Virus record (IMG/VR): IMGVR_UViG_3300025725_000004
Coordinates: 1-42,975 of that record
Length of the DNA stretch: 42,975 nucleotides
Source of the DNA: a virus
Lineage: Duplodnaviria > Caudoviricetes
Direction: 5' to 3' (one strand)
The notes under the pieces are model-generated. The model worked only from the letters and a program-made list of their open reading frames with translations, ran no database searches and was not told where the DNA came from. Positions 1 to 9,096 of the stretch are shown here, piece by piece (the first letter of the stretch is position 1; each line of letters starts with the position of its first letter). The position numbers were made by a program, and so were the translations under genes.

Positions 1-239
1 TAATGCATCTCCGAGCTGATGCTGTTCACCAGTTCACGGTTGATCTTGATTTGGGCCTGCAAGTGCTCGACATCCTCGGTGTGTGCCTGAGCCTCTTCCT
101 TCAGCCGTCTATCGAACGTCTGAGTCTCTTCCTTCAGCCGCTCGTCCACCTCCACCAGTGTAGCTTCGATTGACGCGACGACGTCCTCCTGCAGCTTGTT
201 GAGAGCTTTCTTGTGCGTGCGTTGTTCTTCACCGTTCAT
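1..239 (-). CDS. Hypothetical coiled-coil protein, partial (runs off the left end)
   Basis: Hand translation from ATG at 239: MNGEEQRTHKKALNKLQEDVVASIEATLVEVDERLKEETQ..., open to the window edge. GGAG upstream; ATGA overlap with the stop of the preceding gene. Confidence 0.65.
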   Translation of the reverse strand, partial: MNGEEQRTHKKALNKLQEDVVASIEATLVEVDERLKEETQTFDRRLKEEAQAHTEDVEHLQAQIKINRELVNSISSEMH

Positions 240-556
240 TGTGTTCTCCTGATGTGCCGTGGACGACCTGTTGGACGAGCGGTCAAGGATGTCACGCGGC
301 CGTCTGCGCGCTTGACCTCCATTACAATGCACTGGACCTCTACGGGCGGGTTAGAGCCGGGAATCTCGAACCAGATCGTGTCACCCTGTATGACGTGATT
401 CTCGAGACGTGCTAGTTGACGCGACGTGAGAACGCTCGTGACGGTGATGTCGCGCAACCGCCGTAGCCCGATGAACCCTTCAGCGTATTCATCAAATGCT
501 CGTGGGTGGAACGCTTTAGGCGGAATCCCGACCCACTCGTCTTGGTGCTTGGTCAC
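236..556 (-). CDS. Hypothetical protein
   Basis: ORF 236..586; probable GTG start at 556 behind GGAGG; coupled to the downstream gene. Confidence 0.55.
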   Translation of the reverse strand: MTKHQDEWVGIPPKAFHPRAFDEYAEGFIGLRRLRDITVTSVLTSRQLARLENHVIQGDTIWFEIPGSNPPVEVQCIVMEVKRADGRVTSLTARPTGRPRHIRRTQ

Positions 557-989
557 AAACCCTCCTGTCAGTCTCCAGTGTGGCAATCCGTGCCTCGGCC
601 TGCTCGACCCTGCAGTCTGGACAGGCCGGGCTTAGCGGTTCCTGACCGTGTCGCGGACAGTAAATCGAGCACGCGTCAATCAACGCCCGCTCCGCGAAGA
701 CGGTTCGTGCTTCAGCCCGTTCGGCCCTAGCTACGAGTTCTTTCATCCGGTCAAGATACGGCGTGTGCCCGACTCCGCGCATTTGCGCATTTGCCATGTC
801 ACGTTCTCCCGTTAGCCTCATCAACGCGTCAGCGGCTTGCAGGAGCATGTCACGGAGCCTCACGTTGTTGCTTGCCGTTTGCAAAGCTGCCATCAGATCC
901 ACCGCGTTTGAGTTGACGTAACAGCAACACTGCATAGCCCGGATACGCAGTTCCTCCGCCAACTCCGTCTCAGATATCTGATCCGTCAT
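516..989 (-). CDS. Hypothetical protein (coiled coil, C-terminal CxxxC/CxxC)
   Basis: 157-aa ORF, AGGAGG RBS, ATGA coupling with the upstream gene. Confidence 0.6.
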   Translation of the reverse strand: MTDQISETELAEELRIRAMQCCCYVNSNAVDLMAALQTASNNVRLRDMLLQAADALMRLTGERDMANAQMRGVGHTPYLDRMKELVARAERAEARTVFAERALIDACSIYCPRHGQEPLSPACPDCRVEQAEARIATLETDRRVCDQAPRRVGRDSA

Positions 990-1225
990 CTGTACGCCTC
1001 CTGCTCACGGATGGTCGCTGCAGCATCCCTCCGCTCATGAGCATCCCACTGTTTTTGGGCAACTGACGCTTTCGCCTTCAGTTTTTCGTACCCATGATGA
1101 ATATGCATGATTCCAACGAAGAGGTCCATGACCATGACGGCGACAAGCAAGCCGTAGGCCAGAAGAACCGCAAAGACGCCATAGCTGGCGAACGTCCAGT
1201 GACTGCTCATGGCTGACATTTTCAC
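986..1225 (-). CDS. Small membrane protein
   Basis: Hydrophobic stretch YGVFAVLLAYGLLVAVMVMDLFVGIM; coupled to both neighbours. Confidence 0.55.
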   Translation of the reverse strand: MKMSAMSSHWTFASYGVFAVLLAYGLLVAVMVMDLFVGIMHIHHGYEKLKAKASVAQKQWDAHERRDAAATIREQEAYR

Positions 1226-1773
1226 TTACCTTCCTCCGGTGGCGAAACCGCTTCTCGTCCTTCCTTGATCACTCGGTTCGGCGGAAAGGTTGGTCTCGGA
1301 GGCACGATCCCACACGTGCAGGCTCCACGTCGACCGTCAACCGTACACCGAGACCCGCAGCACGCGGCATGATCTGTTATCGCCTGGCCGGCCAGAAGTG
1401 CCCGCAGTCGGTCGCGGTCTTCAACCAGTGCCGTGTTCGCGTCTACGATCTGTTGCATCCGTGCGACAGAGACGGCATATTCCCGATCACGTAGGTTGCG
1501 TACGTCAGTCAGAGCTGCAGTTAAACGAATATTTTCGGCTCTCAATGCCATGCCTGCGATGACTCCGCGTTCGCTGGTCTGCCCGGCAATGAAGGCGCGT
1601 TCCAACTCTCTACTGATGGGTCCGAACGCGAACAACGTCGGCACTTCAGACAGGGGCACTACGCCAAATTGACAGGCATTGATCTCGTGCATCACTCGTC
1701 GCGTGATGTCGCCCCATCGCTGTTCCATGTAACGCGAGTCATCCGTCGCCGTCGTACCGTATGGATCAGCCAC
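1222..1773 (-). CDS. Hypothetical protein (Cys-rich C-terminus)
   Basis: 183-aa ORF in the coupled operon; GGAGG RBS. Confidence 0.55.
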   Translation of the reverse strand: MADPYGTTATDDSRYMEQRWGDITRRVMHEINACQFGVVPLSEVPTLFAFGPISRELERAFIAGQTSERGVIAGMALRAENIRLTAALTDVRNLRDREYAVSVARMQQIVDANTALVEDRDRLRALLAGQAITDHAACCGSRCTVDGRRGACTCGIVPPRPTFPPNRVIKEGREAVSPPEEGK

Positions 1774-1969
1774 ATTTCACCTCCAGCGAGTTTACCGGAT
1801 TCGGCTTCCGGCATTCCGCACACCGCCGATCCTGACTGTCCTTTTGACCAACCAGGAACTTTTCAATCCGTTCGAGTGCCGCACACAACGGACAGTCCGC
1901 CTGCGTATGCATCACCGGTTGGCCGACATGCCGAGTCCCTCGACAAATGAATAGGTTCGGACCTTTCAT
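1766..1969 (-). CDS. Small Zn-finger-like protein
   Basis: CPLC and CAEC pairs; AAGGAG RBS. Confidence 0.55.
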   Translation of the reverse strand: MKGPNLFICRGTRHVGQPVMHTQADCPLCAALERIEKFLVGQKDSQDRRCAECRKPNPVNSLEVKCG

Positions 1970-2409
1970 GCCGTCTCCTTACGGCTTTGGGCGTGACTAT
2001 ACGCTTCCAGTTTCTGCCACTGGCCACTTGGTTCGACCCACGACACGACTTTCCGCCATCCGAGCCGATGCACACTGCAATAGAGCTCGCCGGGTGCGGC
2101 CAGCGCCACGCAGGGCATCGCCGGGTAGATATCAGGTCCAGATGTCGTGCCTAGACACGGTTGAGCTGGATTTGCCATCCGATACCTCCAAAACAGAGAA
2201 AACGGCTGCAAGGGTTGGCCAGGGTGGCCATGAAACAGGTCGAATGAGGCAAGAGGACGGGGCAAGGCCTTGCCCACGCTAATGGGCAGGGCTGCCAGGA
2301 CGGGTCCGGCCAGACCGGGTCCCGGCCACCGGCCGGCCAGTTGTGGTCGCCGAACCACGCCGGGTGGCCACTGGCCCACGACTAGATGCCGGGTGCAGCT
2401 AAACATCAT
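1966..2409 (-). CDS. Hypothetical protein
   Basis: 3' part of ORF 1966..2580; likely start MMFSC overlaps the primase stop; Pro/Gly-rich. Confidence 0.4.
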   Translation of the reverse strand: MMFSCTRHLVVGQWPPGVVRRPQLAGRWPGPGLAGPVLAALPISVGKALPRPLASFDLFHGHPGQPLQPFSLFWRYRMANPAQPCLGTTSGPDIYPAMPCVALAAPGELYCSVHRLGWRKVVSWVEPSGQWQKLEAYSHAQSRKETA

Positions 2410-4546
2410 CCCCATCCCGGGTCCGCCGGAGTGTGGTGTAGGGTGCCTCGCCGGGAGGACGCCGGTCAGCTTCGGTTTCGTACAGATGGGCCTGTTCGAT
2501 GCAGTTCCGCATGTAGGTCGAAATGCCCCATCGGCGCTTGAACCCGGTCCCTTCACGAATGAAAATATCCAATGAGGCAAGCGTATCCGCGACGCGTTGC
2601 ACGGTCATCGGATTGTAATTCCGACACCGCGTGGCTAGGTCTAACGTAGACGCGGTCATGCCGGCATTTGGACAGAGCGCAAACAGTCCGCGGAGCAGTT
2701 CCTCTCGTTGCTGATGCACCGTGTCGCACATCACCCGTCGTACGAGTCGGTAGTCGTCGTCGTTGACTTCTGTTCGGCCATGTACCATGGCCAACGCCCG
2801 TCCGAGTTTCGACAGTTGGATGCCGAGCCGACTGCCAATTTCAGCAGACGGTCGTCCCCGGATAAACGAGCGGTCGTAGGAGTCTACCGACACGACGCCT
2901 CGCATTCGGGCACCCCACTTCGCCAAGTAGACCATTTGTTGTTGCATCTCCGGTGACTGGGTGGCAATCGGCACCGTATCAAAGTTTGACATCAGAAAGT
3001 CGGTCACGGTGTTCGCCAGTTCGTCGGCCTGTTCGGTCTCTCGGTCAATGTTGGTCATGGCCCGGTCAATAATTTGGACGTCGTCACCGTGGAGCAGATT
3101 ATCGGCCACACTGTATTTCAGGAATCGTTCGCCTAGTGACGCATTGTTGAGGTCCAGATCGTAAATGGCCGGCGTCACCGCCGCGATGATCGTGAACCGG
3201 CTCTCGAAGTACTTCGACTCTCCGGTGCCGAATGACCGACCGCATTTGCCGTCGTAGGCATCGCGCAGGATGCCGAAAATTTCGTTCCGTTCAATGTCGC
3301 GCATACCGAGGATCGGCGTGAAATCCTTGATGACAAAGATCCGCCCGTCCAACCGCGGAATTAGCGACGGGTCTGGCGCACCTTTCGCGCCAGAGATGAG
3401 TGCATGCGTCGTGACCGAACTGGTGACAAAGGCTTTCTCGTATGAAGACAACGACGTGAGCAACACCGTCTTCATGGATCCGGGAGGGCCGACAAGGAAC
3501 AACCACACCGGACTGCCGTCGATCTTCTGGGAGAACACAATGGCCAACGCAATGTCTATGGCATCCGTATCGCGAATGAATAACCACTTTCGGAACATGG
3601 CATGCACCATTTCGAGTGTGACCGCATTGACTACTTCGTTGCGACGCCTACGCTTGATGATGAGAGAGTCGACCTGTTGCTGGATCTCGTCTGCAGGTTT
3701 GAGGTGACTTTCATCTTTCCGTGGAAAGGGCCGGAAGAGTTTGTGCAACCGTTCGTAACTCAAAGCCGGCGTGCCCTTTTTTAGTCCGTAGACGATCCAG
3801 TCTCTCGTGTCAAAGCCCGTAGGCAACTCTTCGGGCCAGTGCACAAAGGTGAGATGGTCAGATCCGGGCAGCCGTTTCTGGATAGTGAGTTCTCCACTCT
3901 CACCGGCTTCGTCATGGTCGTACAGCGTGTGGATGCGGCGACCGGTGACCCAGGGCACCCACTCTTGTTTAAACGTGCCAGCTCCCGGTACCGCGAGCAC
4001 CACGCCGGGCTGTTTCGCTTTGGCGAGCAACAAGGTCATGGCAATACCGTCCCACTCGCCTTCGCACAAGTAGACGGGATCACCGGCTTGTTTGTCCAGC
4101 AGATGCGCACCGAGCAGACCCACGGCACATCCGGCCGTGCTCAGCATCCGACCGCCCGGTTTCCAACGGCGAATGTCTTCCACGCGACCTCGCGGGTCGC
4201 GGACGGGAAGGGTATAGGATTTTGTTCCTGCATCCCAGCCGATCAGAAACGACTTGAAGGCGGTCACAGGCAATTGACGGTCGTCGGCCAACGCCTGGAG
4301 GCGTTCCGGTGTCAGGGCTTCGTGATAGAACTCCGCCATGAGTGACAGGAATTTTGTTGTGTTGCCAGAGAGACCCGCAGCTTTCGCATCCCATAGACCC
4401 GTTTTTCGGTTGACGTAGAACTTATTCGCCTTACCGGTAAACGGACAGGTGCCGATGCGCTCATCGCCGGACTCTCCGGTGAAGTCAACTCCGTGGGCCT
4501 CAAAGACCTGGAGTTTTCGTTCTCGGATTTTTTCTTTCCGGCGCAT
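2399..4546 (-). CDS. DNA primase-helicase fusion (degenerate CHC2 Zn domain, TOPRIM primase, MCM/SF3-like AAA+ ATPase)
   Basis: CPF motif; TOPRIM VYLCEGEWD...LYDHD; Walker A GPPGSMKT; Walker B-like IFVIKD; sensor-like RFTIIAAVTP; Arg finger-like LGERF. Confidence 0.85.
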   Translation of the reverse strand: MRRKEKIRERKLQVFEAHGVDFTGESGDERIGTCPFTGKANKFYVNRKTGLWDAKAAGLSGNTTKFLSLMAEFYHEALTPERLQALADDRQLPVTAFKSFLIGWDAGTKSYTLPVRDPRGRVEDIRRWKPGGRMLSTAGCAVGLLGAHLLDKQAGDPVYLCEGEWDGIAMTLLLAKAKQPGVVLAVPGAGTFKQEWVPWVTGRRIHTLYDHDEAGESGELTIQKRLPGSDHLTFVHWPEELPTGFDTRDWIVYGLKKGTPALSYERLHKLFRPFPRKDESHLKPADEIQQQVDSLIIKRRRRNEVVNAVTLEMVHAMFRKWLFIRDTDAIDIALAIVFSQKIDGSPVWLFLVGPPGSMKTVLLTSLSSYEKAFVTSSVTTHALISGAKGAPDPSLIPRLDGRIFVIKDFTPILGMRDIERNEIFGILRDAYDGKCGRSFGTGESKYFESRFTIIAAVTPAIYDLDLNNASLGERFLKYSVADNLLHGDDVQIIDRAMTNIDRETEQADELANTVTDFLMSNFDTVPIATQSPEMQQQMVYLAKWGARMRGVVSVDSYDRSFIRGRPSAEIGSRLGIQLSKLGRALAMVHGRTEVNDDDYRLVRRVMCDTVHQQREELLRGLFALCPNAGMTASTLDLATRCRNYNPMTVQRVADTLASLDIFIREGTGFKRRWGISTYMRNCIEQAHLYETEADRRPPGEAPYTTLRRTRDGDDV

Positions 4547-4548
4547 GC

Positions 4549-4734
4549 CTACCTCTTGGTCGTATCGGCCGCTTGTAATACCGCCAGGTACCCGTGAATG
4601 GCACGAAGTTCGTGCTTGGAAAAGTCGTCGCGTCGAGGACTACGTCTCGAAATGTGCACCTGTGTGCAGATGGCGAGACACAATTGTCGACGTGAGAGAA
4701 AGGCTGGGTTATGCCGTTTTGCCATCGACGTCAA
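4549..4734 (-). CDS. Small basic hypothetical protein
   Basis: 61-aa ORF filling the gap between the polymerase and primase genes. Confidence 0.45.
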   Translation of the reverse strand: MTSMAKRHNPAFLSRRQLCLAICTQVHISRRSPRRDDFSKHELRAIHGYLAVLQAADTTKR

Positions 4735-6748
4735 TCTCCTGGGCCATGTGCCAGTTGCTGTGAGTCCAGTTCATTTTGACCGGCAACAATACCGGTAGGT
4801 TCGGCACGTAGTGGCTGTCCACTTGCATGAGTTCAATTGTCTCACGCATCAGTTGTCTGCTGTGATGCTCCCGCTTGATCTCTGCGATCAACTCGTCGTG
4901 CACGGTTCCGACCGTACCCGATCCTGGATAGTATTGGCGCAGGTGTCGGTCCACACGCACGGCGGCACGCTTCATGACCTCGGCCGCGGATCCTTGCACC
5001 ATGTAGTTGACCGCCTTGTACGCCCGGTCTGGTTCAATGGGATACTCTCGGCCGAAGAGATTGACGAGGATGCCGTCTTGTCGCACCTGCGTAATGAGAT
5101 TGTCCATGTACCGGCGGACACCGGGTAGACGGGTTTCAAAGTCTCGAACGAATTCACGGGCCTGGGCCTCAGGACATCGAATCAATTCCGCGATCTTGCC
5201 CAAGCCGCCACCGAACAACTTCGAGAATAGGATCATCTTGGCTCGTTGTCGCCACCAGTTCAGCAGGCACGCTTTCGAGTGCACCTTTCGAGGCGCGGAA
5301 TTACCTTGTCCACACGTGCAAAAGTCTGACCGATCGCCCCAGGCCGCAAATGCCGTACTGAGATGGAAGTCCGCTCCATCCAGTAGGGCTTTCATCATCG
5401 TTTGTTCTTGAGCGGCAAAGGCAAAGATCCAGACTTCGATCTGACTGTAATCCGGCATGTACCACACATAACCGGGTCGTGGCCCGAACGCCTCCCGCTG
5501 TCGGGCACGTATTCGAGAGTGACGACGACTGGTTTCTGCGCTAGCAATCTGTTGCGTATTTGGGTCATGGCAGCTGAAGCGCCCGGTCCTTGCACCCGCA
5601 GGGTCCCAGGCGGGATGCAATACCGCGCTACCATCATCCCGACGGCACTTGAAGAATTCGTAACTGTCAACATACTCGATAACCTTCTTTCCGGCTTTCC
5701 ATTCGAGCAACGCCCGCGACAACTTACAACCGTCTACGGCGTCTCCGTCCACGTCGGCACTGGCTCCAGATCCCCTGGCCCAGACCATCAGCTGTTCGGC
5801 GTCGATCTTCGGGTTGTCTCCGCCTCCCTTGGCCGTCATCGGCGTCCGTTTCTCGGTCGTGCGTCCTAACTGGGTGACAAAGATTGTGTTCAACTGTTTT
5901 GACGAGTTCGGGTTGAGTGTGCCATACCCGAGCGATTTCATGCCGACAAGTTGATCGGCCATGTACCGCTCGTAGAGTTCTTTCAACTTCGCACCTGTCG
6001 TGTCAAGATACGTCATGCCTCGCTGTTCCATGCGAATGGCCGTACGCATGATCGCATTTTCCCATTTTGCAATCTGATAGAGTCTTCCGCCTTCTCCCCG
6101 GTTGATCTTGAGCACCTCAGTGTAGAATTGAAACAACCCAATAGTGCGAATGCCGTCTGTCAGTCCATACCGCAGTACCAACTTTCGCAATTCTGGAAGC
6201 CAGTAGTCTGCGGAGGCCGGTTCTTTGCCGGACGTCTCGGTCGTGGCCACAGTCCATCCTCGGATCTTAGCCGCACGCCGGGCCTGTTGAAGTTGCGCTC
6301 GCAGTGCCTTGAGATCGTCGTCCGGGATGTCCAGGTACTTGAAAGCCAGCGGTTTCAGTCCATACCCCTGCCGTTCGTTAGACGGGTTGGCCACGCGAGC
6401 CAACACCCGTGTGTCTTCGATCCGGCACCGCCACTTGAAGTGCAGGTCTGACTGTGTCGTCATGGCCACCTCGAATCGGGCCTGGTGGCACACGACCGTG
6501 TTCTTCGGGTCGCCGACATAGTCCCGAAGCCAGTCTACTTCGTCTCGGCACGTATTGTAGTTTACCGCTCGCGTCTTCGGGTTGACCTCGGCTCTGAAAT
6601 GTGCCGTGTCGCCGTTCATGTTGGCAAAGGTAAACAGAAACGGCCGGTCCGGACTCAGGCCCAGTTCACGTCGACGGAGTGTCGGCCACGGCCACAGCCC
6701 TGTAGTCTCCGTATCGAACGCGAGAATCCGATTCGGCGTTTTCAGCAT
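4709..6748 (-). CDS. polA: Phage DNA polymerase, family A, with 3'-5' exonuclease
   Basis: ExoI FDTETTG, ExoIII YGLTD, ARTGRFS, motif A PDYSQIE, motif B RQRAKMILFSKLFG, NYMVQGSAAEVMK, motif C VHDEL. Confidence 0.95.
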   Translation of the reverse strand: MLKTPNRILAFDTETTGLWPWPTLRRRELGLSPDRPFLFTFANMNGDTAHFRAEVNPKTRAVNYNTCRDEVDWLRDYVGDPKNTVVCHQARFEVAMTTQSDLHFKWRCRIEDTRVLARVANPSNERQGYGLKPLAFKYLDIPDDDLKALRAQLQQARRAAKIRGWTVATTETSGKEPASADYWLPELRKLVLRYGLTDGIRTIGLFQFYTEVLKINRGEGGRLYQIAKWENAIMRTAIRMEQRGMTYLDTTGAKLKELYERYMADQLVGMKSLGYGTLNPNSSKQLNTIFVTQLGRTTEKRTPMTAKGGGDNPKIDAEQLMVWARGSGASADVDGDAVDGCKLSRALLEWKAGKKVIEYVDSYEFFKCRRDDGSAVLHPAWDPAGARTGRFSCHDPNTQQIASAETSRRHSRIRARQREAFGPRPGYVWYMPDYSQIEVWIFAFAAQEQTMMKALLDGADFHLSTAFAAWGDRSDFCTCGQGNSAPRKVHSKACLLNWWRQRAKMILFSKLFGGGLGKIAELIRCPEAQAREFVRDFETRLPGVRRYMDNLITQVRQDGILVNLFGREYPIEPDRAYKAVNYMVQGSAAEVMKRAAVRVDRHLRQYYPGSGTVGTVHDELIAEIKREHHSRQLMRETIELMQVDSHYVPNLPVLLPVKMNWTHSNWHMAQEIDVDGKTA

Positions 6749-7380
6749 GAGTGCCGAATTCTCTGCACTGCGCGTGCATGCACTTGTGCCTGAATTTCAG
6801 CTCCCATGTATCGTCTCCGTCCACCGGCTTGTTTCACGGCCATTGCCACGGACCCGAAACCTGCAAAAGGATCCGTGACCATGCCTCCATTCGGGACCCA
6901 CCGCTGCACCCACTGGGTCATCCAGTCAACCGGTTTCACGCTATGTTCGGTCGGCCGAGCGACCCAGGCATTGCGAAGCTTGGATCGATTGTTGTAGGCC
7001 GCTCCACGGGTATACAGCAGCACGCACTCTGCACATCCGGCCCAGTGGTACCCGGGACCGTAGTGCCCGCGGTCTTCTGGCAGTGACTTTACCCACGTTC
7101 CAGCCGACCGAATGGAGCCCCATGTCCACTGGCTAGTTCGTCGTGTCCACTCGTCCAGGAGTGGAAATGTCATCCACAGTGCCAGGCGATGACCTGGCAA
7201 CTGGTCCAAGAAGTCGGCGATCAACTTCGTAGACAAGCACGGATAGTGGTCACTGGCATGAGAGCCGGAAAACTGCTGGGCGTATGTCCACGGCGGATCA
7301 CCCACGACCAGATCTGCAATGGGCCAGGTCAGTCCCCGGCAATCCCCGTGCCAGAGACAAATCCGAGGAGCAACCATCAT
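6742..7380 (-). CDS. DNA amino-methyltransferase (N6-adenine/N4-cytosine)
   Basis: Catalytic DPPW near the N-terminus, HSVKP, and SAM-binding DPFAGFGS near the C-terminus (beta-class order). Confidence 0.85.
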   Translation of the reverse strand: MMVAPRICLWHGDCRGLTWPIADLVVGDPPWTYAQQFSGSHASDHYPCLSTKLIADFLDQLPGHRLALWMTFPLLDEWTRRTSQWTWGSIRSAGTWVKSLPEDRGHYGPGYHWAGCAECVLLYTRGAAYNNRSKLRNAWVARPTEHSVKPVDWMTQWVQRWVPNGGMVTDPFAGFGSVAMAVKQAGGRRRYMGAEIQAQVHARAVQRIRHSC

Positions 7381-8087
7381 CCGACCATCTCCAGCACGGT
7401 ACCGGACATGAACCGTGAGGCACCGGACCGAATGAGGGTCTCAATGATCACCGCAACAGTTTCGGCCGGCGTCTCGAGACCGGTGACGCTGTTGGCCGTG
7501 GAGTAGTCCGCAGCTTGTTGCCGGGTCCAGCCGCGCACCTCGCAGACCCGACGGTCGATATAGTCACTCATGGCCGTCCCCGACATCTTGCCTGGTGACA
7601 CGCCCATGATGCTGACTTGTGCCGGCTTGGATAACTCCCGTGCCATTTGACGCACGGCCATGGCTTGTGCAGCCTTACTACAGTTGTACGCGAGTGAATG
7701 CCGCATCGGCACGTGCGAGGCGTTCGATACCACGTGAAGCAGGGTACCTCTCGCGACCATGGCCGAGAGTAACCGCTGGGTGAGTTCAACGGTAAACCAG
7801 GTATTGATCTGCATCAGATGCAGGAAGAGCGCAAAGTCCAACTCGCCAAACGGGCGGATTTCGTTCACTCCCACGCAGTTGATCACCGCATCGATCCCGC
7901 CGGGAAACTTTGATCTGGCGGACCGGCAGAATCGACGGATGTCCGCTGGGATTTTTGCGTTGAACTTTCGAATGGGATATGGACCGGACAATCCTCCTGC
8001 GTGCACCTGCCAACCGGCATCGACGAACCGCTGGTAGACGCATCGTCCAAGTCCGCTGCTGGCGCCGGCAATGACAACGTTGGGCAT
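7377..8087 (-). CDS. Short-chain dehydrogenase/reductase (SDR)
   Basis: Rossmann VVIAGASSGLG, DAVINCVG, catalytic Ser and YNCSK (YxxxK), VSPG. Confidence 0.9.
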   Translation of the reverse strand: MPNVVIAGASSGLGRCVYQRFVDAGWQVHAGGLSGPYPIRKFNAKIPADIRRFCRSARSKFPGGIDAVINCVGVNEIRPFGELDFALFLHLMQINTWFTVELTQRLLSAMVARGTLLHVVSNASHVPMRHSLAYNCSKAAQAMAVRQMARELSKPAQVSIMGVSPGKMSGTAMSDYIDRRVCEVRGWTRQQAADYSTANSVTGLETPAETVAVIIETLIRSGASRFMSGTVLEMVG

Positions 8088-8461
8088 GCAAGCTCCGGGT
8101 CCTCTAGGCGAAGGATAATCTGCATGGCGCGCACGGCATAGACGGCCAGGTCGCCATAGGTTTCGAGCAGCTGATCGTTCGTGAGTTGGTCGAACCGACG
8201 CAGTGCGTCATTCTCCAGTCGGACGAACTTGCGCTGCACATCGCCGTAGACCAGCATCAGATTGTAGAACCGGCCTTTAGCCAGATCGCTGTCCAATCGA
8301 CGCAGTCCATAGAGATGCTGCTTCTCATCGGCGATGACGGTGAGGATGCGGACCAACCGTTTGAACTCGTCTGTGGCCCGCTTCTCGGCCACGGACCGCG
8401 TGTCGGTTGGTGTCACGTCGGCCAGTCGGAGCAGTCGAGCACGGGTGTTGTCCGGTGTCAT
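7883..8461 (-). CDS. Nucleotide-modification-associated (Nmad1/DUF1599-like) all-alpha protein
   Basis: Start MTPDN at 8461 (ATGA coupled); KQHLYG and LLETYGDLAVYAV resemble the DUF1599 K..DYG...DT..DL..YA pattern; frame extends 205 nt into the SDR gene. Confidence 0.6.
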   Translation of the reverse strand: MTPDNTRARLLRLADVTPTDTRSVAEKRATDEFKRLVRILTVIADEKQHLYGLRRLDSDLAKGRFYNLMLVYGDVQRKFVRLENDALRRFDQLTNDQLLETYGDLAVYAVRAMQIILRLEDPELACPTLSLPAPAADLDDASTSGSSMPVGRCTQEDCPVHIPFESSTQKSQRTSVDSAGPPDQSFPAGSMR

Positions 8462-9018
8462 AGACCTTCTCCGCCAAGGAATCGGAACCGCTTGCGGCCT
8501 TCCTCGACGCTCGGCATCGGCCGGTCCAGATCCAGTCCTCCGATTCGTTGAATGATCTTCACCCAGGTGGGTTGCGGGAAATGCTGATCGTACACGAACA
8601 CGTACCGGTAGCGACGATGAGTCCCGGCGTGCCGAATGGTCTGTGACACCTGCAGGCACGGACTGTCGAGATCGCGCCAGTAGATGATCTCCTTTTCCAG
8701 CGCATCCGGGTCTTGGCTGTAGTCGGCCACGTGGTACCCGACATGACTCAAGCACACAGGAGTGGTAGATAGCGCCAACTGGCACGAACTGCCTTCGAGC
8801 AGCTGAATGAGTTCAAGTTCCTTGTCTGGGAACAGTTCGTAATTGAACGCCAGTCGGACGCTAAACGCATGCTCAACGTGTGCCGGGCAATCTCGTTCCC
8901 AGAGATGCACGGCGTCCACGGTATCGTGCGTCCATGCGGTGGCGTCCAGCAAAGAGAGACGACGCACGTCGTCCGCAAGGTTGAATGAGACAAACGCAAT
9001 CTGTTGAAAAGCTGCCAT
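8458..9018 (-). CDS. VOC/glyoxalase-fold protein (methylmalonyl-CoA epimerase-like)
   Basis: FQQIAFV, VRLAFNY, ELELIQLLEG and LSHVGYHV match the VOC beta-alpha-beta-beta-beta repeats. Confidence 0.7.
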   Translation of the reverse strand: MAAFQQIAFVSFNLADDVRRLSLLDATAWTHDTVDAVHLWERDCPAHVEHAFSVRLAFNYELFPDKELELIQLLEGSSCQLALSTTPVCLSHVGYHVADYSQDPDALEKEIIYWRDLDSPCLQVSQTIRHAGTHRRYRYVFVYDQHFPQPTWVKIIQRIGGLDLDRPMPSVEEGRKRFRFLGGEGL

Positions 9019-9096
9019 GACCGACTCCTAAAGAGATGCGGTCGGTGGGGGATACCGGCCGCATCTCGGTTACAGGACCTGGAGGTCAGATCCGCA

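Noticed and set aside
4709-6748. 2-aminoadenine (Z) genome
   Set aside because: No purZ (adenylosuccinate synthetase-like) or datZ (HD) gene in the window, and the F762-equivalent is retained.
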